Assembly: GCA_046757025.1 (NCBI GenBank)
Contig: JBHHXN010000065.1
Coordinates: 1 to 25,692 of the forward strand
Source: a bacterium
Lineage (GTDB): Bacteria; Zhuqueibacterota; Zhuqueibacteria; Oceanimicrobiales; Oceanimicrobiaceae
Length of the DNA: 25,692 bases
Direction of reading: 5' to 3'
Under the pieces are notes generated by a model. It did not search any database. It saw only the letters and a program-made list of their open reading frames with translations, and was not told the origin of the DNA. The translations under genes were made by a program, and so were the position numbers. Below, in pieces: positions 18,701 to 25,692 of the stretch. Numbering within the stretch: position 1 is the first letter of the stretch; each line of letters begins with the position of its first letter.

Positions 18701-18830
18701 TCACCTGTTAGGCCCGTCTGGGTCTGCCGGTGCCGGCACGGCAGACAGGTGCACACACAGGCAGGTGAGTTACAAAACCATTTTAGCTGATTGTGTTTTA
18801 TTAGCTAACAGCCAACGGCTAATAGCGAAT
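18701..18830. repeat. Nested palindrome plus heptamer tandem repeats
   Basis: GTCTGCC-G-GTGCCGGCAC-GGCAGAC (18722-18746) inside TCACCTG/CAGGTGA; AGCTAAC AGCCAAC GGCTAAT AGCGAAT (18803-18830). Confidence 0.65.
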
Positions 18831-18888
18831 CACTCAATTATTGGTAATGGTTTAACTTTTCAATTATTTTTTATAACGGAGGAGACGG

Positions 18889-19947
18889 ATGTCAAAAACC
18901 ATCAATCGCAGAAATTTCATAAAAAAAACTGCCAGTGTGGGCTTAGCCCTGCCCTTCATCGAAAAGCTACCTGAAATCATCATCCCTGCTAAAAAGCCCG
19001 CCGCTAAGCTACCCATCATTGTGTGCAGCCGTGGTGAAAAATGGGGGGAAAAAGTTCTAACTCCCGCATGGGACAACCTCAACCAAAGCGGAAATATTCT
19101 GGATGCGGTGGAAAAAGGCGCCAATGTGGTGGAGCTGGACCCAGAAGATTCCAGCGTAGGCTACGGCGGTTTACCCAACGAACAGGGCGTGGTGCAACTG
19201 GATGCTTCCGTGATGTACGGCCCCACTCACAATTGCGGTTCGGTGGCGGCTTTGGAAGGCATCAAAACACCCTGCTCCGTGGCGCGACTGGTGATGGAAC
19301 GCACCGACCATATCCATCTGGTGGGCGCAGGTGCGCTAAAATTCGCCATAATGCATGGCTTTAAAAAAGAAAATTTACTCACCGACAAAGCCCGGCTGCG
19401 CTGGTTGAAATGGAAGGAAAATCTCAGTGACAAGGATGACTGGTTCCCGCCAGCTGACAACAATTATGAAAAGGAAGAAAGGCCTACCGGCACTATCAAT
19501 GTTTTGGGTATCGACAAAGATGGCAATGTCGCCGGCATCACCACCACTAGCGGATTGGCCTGGAAGATACCGGGTCGGATGGGCGACTCCCCTATTATCG
19601 GCGCGGGCCTGTATGTAGACAACGAAGTGGGCGCCGCGGGAGCGACTGGCCGCGGCGAAGAAGTCATCCGCACCTGCGGCAGCTTTTTGCTGGTGGAAAA
19701 AATGCGCAGCGGTATGTCGCCGCAGGCAGCCTGCGAAGCCGTCTGCCAGCGCATTATCGACATCAACGGTGGACCCGAGAAAGTCAATTTCTCGGATAAG
19801 TTCGTGGCGGTCAACAAAAACGGTGAGGTCGGTTGCGCCTCCATCCTCGGACGAGAAGGGCGCGAACCCTCGGTGGCATTTATAACGGAAGACGGATTTA
19901 AAGCCATCAAAGGCACGTATTTGATCGAAGTGAAACCAAAAGAATAG
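18889..19947 (+). CDS. N(4)-(beta-N-acetylglucosaminyl)-L-asparaginase-like Ntn hydrolase with Tat signal
   Basis: INRRNFIK twin-arginine motif; SVGYGGLP, LDASVM, GTI autocleavage site, TTSGLAWKIPGRMGDSP and ATGRGEE; GGAGG RBS. Confidence 0.9.
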   Translation: MSKTINRRNFIKKTASVGLALPFIEKLPEIIIPAKKPAAKLPIIVCSRGEKWGEKVLTPAWDNLNQSGNILDAVEKGANVVELDPEDSSVGYGGLPNEQGVVQLDASVMYGPTHNCGSVAALEGIKTPCSVARLVMERTDHIHLVGAGALKFAIMHGFKKENLLTDKARLRWLKWKENLSDKDDWFPPADNNYEKEERPTGTINVLGIDKDGNVAGITTTSGLAWKIPGRMGDSPIIGAGLYVDNEVGAAGATGRGEEVIRTCGSFLLVEKMRSGMSPQAACEAVCQRIIDINGGPEKVNFSDKFVAVNKNGEVGCASILGREGREPSVAFITEDGFKAIKGTYLIEVKPKE

Positions 19948-20479
19948 CCGCCACTTCGCGGTAACCGAACAGGCTTGTGTCCCATACTCACACAACTTGC
20001 AGGTTCTGTTAAATAAACTAGAATAAAAATACGCCAGAGCTTGTTTATTTAGTATCCTTTAAAAATAGCGGACAAATATAAAGTAGATTTAGCAGGGCCG
20101 TTAATTTTCCACCAATTAATCGCTTTTTTCGGCAGCACCTTGTGGAAACAGGAAGACTGTTCCATTGAAGGAACGCTTTGAAATTTCATGCTTTTGCCGA
20201 CCGATTATTTCCAATTAAGGCTCATAAAATAGCGAAAGCATTACCCCTGGCTCCCAAAGTGATAAAATTTATTTAAGTCAGGTTTTTTACGTGGCAGCAG
20301 GGATTGCAAGAAATCGGCTTGTGAACATGAGCTTTTGGAAATCCCACTTAACATTTACATCATTAATTGGGAAAAAGCTAAATAACAGGCCAGTCCAACA
20401 TTCTTGACCAAATCAATCAACAATTCGGCGAAGTCCACCAGATATGGACTTGCCATTAAGATATATCGGAGGATCACAA

Positions 20480-20545
20480 TGGATGATTTAACAGGAAAGA
20501 AAATCTCTATAGAATCATACAGAAGTTGGGTGAGGGCAGTATGTT
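20480..20545 (+). pseudogene. Decayed N-terminal remnant of a Ser/Thr kinase gene
   Basis: GGAGGA RBS, then ATG...TGKKI(S), a frameshift, then YRIIQKLGEGSM, matching YRIVEKLGEGGM of the adjacent kinase. Confidence 0.65.
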
Positions 20546-20692
20546 TACCTTAATGCAAAAATATGATGAATTAATCCCGTGCAAGGCGGGACTTTCCTTA
20601 GTAAAAGAATGCAATAGTTTGCTCCCGCGAAGCGGTCTCCCCAAAAAAGAAACAGATGGGATTAACTCCGAGCATCGGGAAAGGTATCGTCG

Positions 20693-23224
20693 ATGATTGG
20701 AACAACAATCTTACACTATCGAATTGTTGAAAAGCTCGGCGAAGGCGGCATGGGCGTGGTTTACAAAGCCGAAGATACCAGGCTCAAACGCGACGTCGCC
20801 ATCAAATTCCTGCCGCGCCAGATTGCGGCCAGCCAGGAAGAACGCGCGCGTTTTAAAATCGAGGCGCAGGCCGCCGCGGCCCTGAACCACCCGAACATCG
20901 CCCACGTTTACGCCATCGAGGAAGTGGATGACGAGATGTTCATTGTGATGGAATACATCGAGGGCAAGGAATTGCGGGAGATCATTCAAATCCCTCCTGA
21001 CCCCCCTTTACTAAAGGGGGGAAGTGGTGGGCCTCCCCCTTTGAAAAAAGGGGACCGAGGGGGATTTGCAATTGAACAAATCCTCAGCTACGCCACCCAA
21101 ATCGCTGCAGGCCTGCAGGCTGCGCACAAAAAAGGTGTCGTACATCGTGACATCAAAAGCGCCAACATCATGATTACCGAAGAAGGCCAGGTGAAAATCA
21201 TGGATTTCGGGCTGGCAAGAATCGTCGGCGGGGCGCAGGTAACCAAGAAGGGCACGACCCTGGGCACGGCCGCCTACATGTCGCCGGAACAAGCGCGCGG
21301 TGATATCGTAGATTATCGCACGGATATCTGGGCATTTGGCGTTGTGCTTTACGAAATGATAACCGGACGCTTGCCGTTTCAGGGGGATTACGAGGCGGCG
21401 GTCACTTACTCGATTCTGCACGAAAAACCGGAACCCTTGGAGCGATACAAAGCCAATGTTCCAAATGGCTTGCTAATCGTTATCGATAAATCACTGGCTA
21501 AAAATCCTGATGAACGTTACCAGCATGCCGACGAAATAATCGTAGATTTGCAATCCTTGAGAGCCGAACTCATATCAGGAAAAACAGACACAAGTTCAAT
21601 TAGGGCAAAACCAGGAAGAAGGAATCGAATCTATCTCTATAGTGGTTTTGTCGCTTTCTTGATTTTACTCTTGTTCATTTTGGCCAGAATTTATTTCTTT
21701 CCTGATCAGAACGTTACCATCAATTCGATTGCCGTGATGCCGCTAGAGAATCTAATGGGCGACTCTCATGAAGACTACTTCGTAAACGGGATGACGGAGG
21801 AACTCATCAGCAAACTATGTCAACTTGAAAATCTACAAATTACATCTATGAAAGGAGCACAAAAAGATCTGCGCCAGGTTGGTGAGGAATTTGGGGTGAC
21901 GTATATCCTCAGTGGTAGCGTTCGCAAGGCAGATGAGCGCGTCCGCATCACCGTTAAATTAACTGATGCTGCTACTGGCTTCCACCTCTGGTCGGAAGAA
22001 TTTAACGGAGAGTTGAATGACTTGTTCGCGCTGCAGGAAGAAACTGCGCTGAAAATCGCAGAAGCACTCAACTTCCAATTAAGCCCAGAGGAAACAGAAG
22101 CCGTTCGCCAACGCTATACGGAAAACCTCGAGGCCTACGATGCCTTTTTGCGTGGCTGGGCTCTGATCGAATCCTTTCATGTCAGTTTGTCTGTTCCGGA
22201 GGAAAGGCTCGAAGCTGCTCAAAAGCACTTTGAAGATGCTCTTGCATCTGATCCAAATTACGCCCTCGCTCTGGCGGGTCTGTCCATCGTGCATTCCTCC
22301 TCTTACTTCTTCAAGGTGGATGCGACTGCCGAACGTTTGCAGCTTGCAGAGAACCTGGCAAAACAAGCACTGGCGCTCGATTCGCAGCTTGCCGAAGTCC
22401 ATGTCGCCTTAGCTGAAGTTTATGCTCTTCGAGGCGATTTTGATGACGCTATCGAGAAGTATCGCATCGGGCTGGGTCAGGACCCCGAAGACCCAAAGAA
22501 CGCTTATGCCTGGTGTCACCTAGCTTTTACCTATGATTCTCAAAATCCGCCTGACCCGCGTGCGGCTGAGGCAGCCGTGCGGGAGGCGATCCGCCTGCAA
22601 CCCGGTTACTTCTGGTCGTATGTAATCCTCGCCGGTGCACTTGAACGTCAAGAGCGGTATAAGGAGGCAATCTCCGCACTTGAATACGCTTTACAGCAGA
22701 ACCCGCATTTCCATCCGGCGCGGGGCAGTCTTGGGCGTTTGTACAATGAGCAGGGAAGGTTTGAAGAGGCCTTGTCAAAATATCAGAAGGCGGTCGACCT
22801 TGGAGTAGCAAATATATATGACCGGCTCTTTTATTTTCTCCTCCAATGTCGGTTGGGTAAGGTTGAGCAAGCACAAGTACAAATGCGCGATTTCTCCAAA
22901 TCCCTTAGCGACGAATCATGGATAACACCTATTGTGCGCTTCTACTCCGGCGATATTCCGGAAAGCATGATCTGGGAGCTAACGAAAGACCAGGATCCAC
23001 AAAAAGAAAAGGAAAAGCAGTGTGAGACATACTATTATCTTGGTATGGCTTATTTGCTAAATATGGATGTTGAATTAAATACATCAGCGCCCGATACAAC
23101 GGTCGCGCGGGAATATTTTGAAAAATGCTTAGCCAGTCATATGACAGATTTTTTTGAGTATCATTTTGCGGAAATAGAGTTGAAGCGTCTTCAAACGACA
23201 AAGGGAATTGGCCTCAAAGATTAA
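20693..23224 (+). CDS. Membrane Hanks-type Ser/Thr protein kinase: kinase - TM - TolB-like - TPR - NlpI-like tail
   Basis: LGEGGMG, VAIK, HRDIKSAN, DFGLA, YMSPE and DIWAFG; TM helix IYLYSGFVAFLILLLFILARIYFF; SIAVMPLENL TolB-like segment; TPR repeats. Confidence 0.96.
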   Translation: MIGTTILHYRIVEKLGEGGMGVVYKAEDTRLKRDVAIKFLPRQIAASQEERARFKIEAQAAAALNHPNIAHVYAIEEVDDEMFIVMEYIEGKELREIIQIPPDPPLLKGGSGGPPPLKKGDRGGFAIEQILSYATQIAAGLQAAHKKGVVHRDIKSANIMITEEGQVKIMDFGLARIVGGAQVTKKGTTLGTAAYMSPEQARGDIVDYRTDIWAFGVVLYEMITGRLPFQGDYEAAVTYSILHEKPEPLERYKANVPNGLLIVIDKSLAKNPDERYQHADEIIVDLQSLRAELISGKTDTSSIRAKPGRRNRIYLYSGFVAFLILLLFILARIYFFPDQNVTINSIAVMPLENLMGDSHEDYFVNGMTEELISKLCQLENLQITSMKGAQKDLRQVGEEFGVTYILSGSVRKADERVRITVKLTDAATGFHLWSEEFNGELNDLFALQEETALKIAEALNFQLSPEETEAVRQRYTENLEAYDAFLRGWALIESFHVSLSVPEERLEAAQKHFEDALASDPNYALALAGLSIVHSSSYFFKVDATAERLQLAENLAKQALALDSQLAEVHVALAEVYALRGDFDDAIEKYRIGLGQDPEDPKNAYAWCHLAFTYDSQNPPDPRAAEAAVREAIRLQPGYFWSYVILAGALERQERYKEAISALEYALQQNPHFHPARGSLGRLYNEQGRFEEALSKYQKAVDLGVANIYDRLFYFLLQCRLGKVEQAQVQMRDFSKSLSDESWITPIVRFYSGDIPESMIWELTKDQDPQKEKEKQCETYYYLGMAYLLNMDVELNTSAPDTTVAREYFEKCLASHMTDFFEYHFAEIELKRLQTTKGIGLKD
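20987..21068. repeat. In-frame palindromic element inside the kinase ORF
   Basis: Two inverted ~36-bp units, each with a CCCC(C)TTT-n-AAAGGGG(G) hairpin; outer ends CAAATCCCTC / GGGGGATTTG; translated as QIPPDPPLLKGGSGGPPPLKKGDRGGF. Confidence 0.85.
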
Positions 23225-23380
23225 AAACAAGCGTTTCTCATAATGTTAAACTTATCGATACCAAGTTAGCACTGAAATCCCTAAACGAGGTAGATAGAAC
23301 TAACTGGTCACGTTTGTTATGCGAGCTCAGTTAGTTAAGCATTTAATGTAGGAGGAGTATTAATAATAAAGGAAGGCCCG

Positions 23381-24328
23381 ATGTCATATATTAGCATTTC
23401 CGATGTAGTGAAAGTCCAGAAAGCTGATCTCTTTGTGTTTTTTATGTGCATCATCCTGCCATCAACTTTAATGAGTCAGCCTTGGCTATATCACCCAGAT
23501 ATTCCTCAGGCACGGGTGGAGACCTACAAACTGGTAGGTGACACGAAACTACAATTATGGATATTTACCCTAAAAGCCCATCGTGAGGGAGATCAACGCC
23601 CGGCAATCATTTTTTTCTTCGGCGGCAGCTGGAGGTACGGCAGTCCGATCCAATTTGCAAAACACTGTGAGTACCTGGCTACTCGTGGTATGGTAGCTAT
23701 GACTGCTGACTACCGTGTAATTGATCGACACTGAGTAAAAGCTAAGGATTGCGTTGCCGATGCAAAATCGGCAATACGGTGGGTTCGCAAAAATGCGGCT
23801 CGCCTTGGAATAGATTCTAATCGAATTGTAGCGGGCGGTGGCTCTTCCGGCGGACATTTGGCCGCCGCAACAGCAATATTGCACGGGCATGACGATCCCA
23901 ATGACGATATGTCAATAAACGCTAAGCCTAATGCGCTTATTCTATTTAATCCGGCTGTGGTGCGGGCGCCCGTGCCCGGCTTATGGCAGCCCACCGCGGA
24001 AGAACTATCCAAATTTGAAGCATGGTTTGGTGAGGACGCTCATTCATTTTCTCCATTTCATCATATCACCAAAGGCATCGGGCCTACCATTATAATAAAT
24101 GGTACCGCTGATTCCACTGTTACTTATAAAAGTGTGAAGCTGTTTTGTGACAAGATGCGAGAACAAGGCAACCGTTGCGAGGTAGTTGGCTACAGTGGCG
24201 CGAAGCATGCCTTCTTCAATTTTGGCCGTGGAGAAAATGCTGCTTTTATTGATACCGTGAACAAAATGGATCAATTTCTGGTTTCCCTAGGATATCTAAG
24301 TGCACCACCTGAAGCGGAGTCATATTAA
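23381..24328 (+). pseudogene. Alpha/beta hydrolase (HSL-like esterase) interrupted by one in-frame TGA at 23732-23734
   Basis: ORFs 23381-23734 and 23858-24328 share a frame; read-through gives DYRVIDRH*VKAKDCVADAKSAIRWVR...GGSSGGHLAA, with FFGGSW, GTADSTV and HAFFN motifs all present. Confidence 0.85.
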
Positions 24329-24394
24329 GAAGGTCGTTTTGATTAGCTTAGCGGCTCAAAATTCATAACACCACAAAAAACTAAGGAGGACTAA

Positions 24395-24940
24395 ATGCTT
24401 GTTAAATATCGTTACTTGTTCCTGCTGGTAGCGCTTCTCCTCCTCATAATCGTCACGTCAGAATTCAGGCCAGTCAACAGTGAAGAAACCGCGCGACAAG
24501 GACGTGTCATTCAGCCCAACGAAGGCGATTCCTTTCAACTCAGTAACGGCATCGGGACTATCAAAGTTGACCCGAACATCGGCGCGGAGAATTTCGCAAT
24601 GGGTACACAATATATTGAACCGGGTCGGGGTATTAGGGTTCATTTGCACGAGCATCTTGAAGAGGTTTTATACATAACAAGCGGCGAAGGTACGGGCATT
24701 GTGGGCGAAAAACGTGCACCGCTCGTTGCCGGTACGGCAATCTATATACCCAAGGGTGTTTGGCATGGTATCGAAAGCGATGGGAAGGAGATGGAGCTAC
24801 TCTGAATTGTATCTCCGCCAGGATTGGATGCGATGTGGCGGGAAGTAGCAGTACCTGTCGGTGAACCTAGAAAGGCTATTACTCCTGAAGAACGCGAGAA
24901 AATCCTTCGCAAGCACGGTATGCGATTCAAGCCAGATTGA
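24395..24940 (+). pseudogene. Cupin-domain protein interrupted by one in-frame TGA at 24803-24805
   Basis: HLHEHLEE and IPKGVWHG cupin motifs; the frame continues ELL*IVSPPGLDAMWREV...RKHGMRFKPD to TGA 24938-24940; AAGGAGG RBS. Confidence 0.82.
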
Positions 24941-25203
24941 GACATTAAGGATTAATTTATGATTGGGAAGCAGATTTTACATTATCAAATATTAAAAAAG
25001 CTCGGCGAAGGCGGCATGGGCGTGGTCTACAAAGCCGAGGATGCCAGGCTCAAACGCGACGTCGCCATCAAATTCCTGCCGCGACAGATTGCGGCCAGCC
25101 AGGAAGAGCGTGCCCGGTTCAAAATAGAGGCGCAGGCCGCTGCGGCGCTGAACCACCCGAACATCGCCACGATTCATGCCATTGAAGAGCACGAGGACGA
25201 GCT

Positions 25204-25424
25204 TACGGCTATCCAGTTAACTCAGCTTGAACTTATAAAAGCTCTTTTCGATTGATATAAACCTTAATCGTCATGCCCGCGAAGGCGGGCATCCAGAGGT
25301 TTCGACCGCCTCAAATCTTTGTTTCTAAATGGATTCCCGCTTTCGCGGGAATGACTGACTATAGCATTCTTTTAAATACTGAATTCAGTAATAACCCCGT
25401 TTCTGAGCAAACTGGATAGCCGTA
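25204..25424. mobile_element. 221-bp MITE with 22-bp terminal inverted repeats and a 9-bp target-site duplication
   Basis: TACGGCTATCCAGTTAACTCAG ... CTGAGCAAACTGGATAGCCGTA (20/22 match); flanked by GGACGAGCT at 25195-25203 and 25425-25433. Confidence 0.93.
25270..25355. repeat. GTCAT...ATGAC REP-like inverted pair nested inside the MITE
   Basis: GTCATGCCCGCGAAGGCGGGCATCCA ... TGGATTCCCGCTTTCGCGGGAATGAC. Confidence 0.88.
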
Positions 25425-25472
25425 GGACGAGCTGTTTATCGTCATGGAATACATTGACGGCAAGGAGTTGGC

Positions 25473-25507
25473 CAACCTCCCGAAGGTTCAGAACCTTCGG
25501 GAGGTTG
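25473..25507. repeat. Perfect 35-bp palindrome in frame inside the second kinase
   Basis: CAACCTCCCGAAGGTTC-A-GAACCTTCGGGAGGTTG; translated within [13 protein letters not shown]. Confidence 0.9.
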
Positions 25508-25692
25508 TGGATTACGCCACCCAAATCGCCGCCGGTCTGCAAGCCGCGCACGAAAAAGGCGTGGTGCACCGGGACATCAAATCCACCAACATCATGGTGA
25601 CGGATAAGGGCGTCGTCAAGATCATGGACTTCGGGCTGGCCAAAGTGTGCGGCGGGGCGCAGGTGACCCGAGTAGGTACGACGCTGGGCACG

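Larger units (their letters stand above)
24959..25692 (+). pseudogene. Second Ser/Thr protein kinase, disrupted by a MITE and running off the window end
   Basis: Removing 25204-25433 restores ...[22 protein letters not shown]...HRDIKSTN...DFGLAK...TLGT. Confidence 0.92.

Noticed and set aside
19950..20470. Long AT-rich intergenic stretch as an RNA gene or IS remnant
   Set aside because: No tRNA/rRNA-like structure, and no convincing TIR pair or transposase fragment could be identified by eye.
23298..23340. AACTAACTG/CAGTTAGTT hairpin ending in GTTAAGC as an integron attC site
   Set aside because: Too short, no proper RYYYAAC/L-box arrangement, no equivalent site after the next genes, and no integrase in the window; more likely a simple hairpin.
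23732..24805. Genome-wide TGA reassignment (code 4 or 25) or selenoproteins
   Set aside because: TGA is a normal stop for intact genes here (gmhB, GT4, the sulfatase-like gene), TGG and GGA are used normally, and the positions do not look like Cys sites.
20731..25168. Near-identical kinase segments as a DGR template/variable repeat pair
   Set aside because: Mismatches are mostly synonymous third positions and not adenine-specific, and no reverse transcriptase is present.

Overview
Bacterial chromosomal window, most likely from an FCB-affiliated lineage such as KSB1/Calditrichota. This is an inference from the T9SS/FlgD-type C-terminal sorting domain, the TPR-DUF4292-GT2 synteny and the TolB/TPR-type Ser/Thr kinases. 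The left ~17 kb is on the minus strand: an S8 subtilase, a PQQ-like beta-propeller, a 2-TM patatin, a secreted propeller protein, and an envelope/glycan operon (TPR, DUF4292, GT2, HddC-like nucleotidyltransferase, GmhB, GT4, a small RHH-like 'RLRDLGYL' protein, a sulfatase-like protein, a SAM methyltransferase). The right part is on the plus strand: two type-2 (Ntn) asparaginases, then a decaying kinase-associated accessory block. That block holds a kinase N-terminal remnant, an intact membrane Ser/Thr kinase, two adjacent genes each broken by one in-frame TGA, and a second kinase split by a 221-bp MITE (22-bp TIRs, 9-bp target duplication) with a nested REP-like pair. Intergenic DNA is dense with several families of short palindromic repeats. 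The most striking signal is that both kinase paralogues carry different palindromic elements in frame in the same loop after subdomain V. No CRISPR array, RNA gene, integrase, reverse transcriptase or transposase was recognised.
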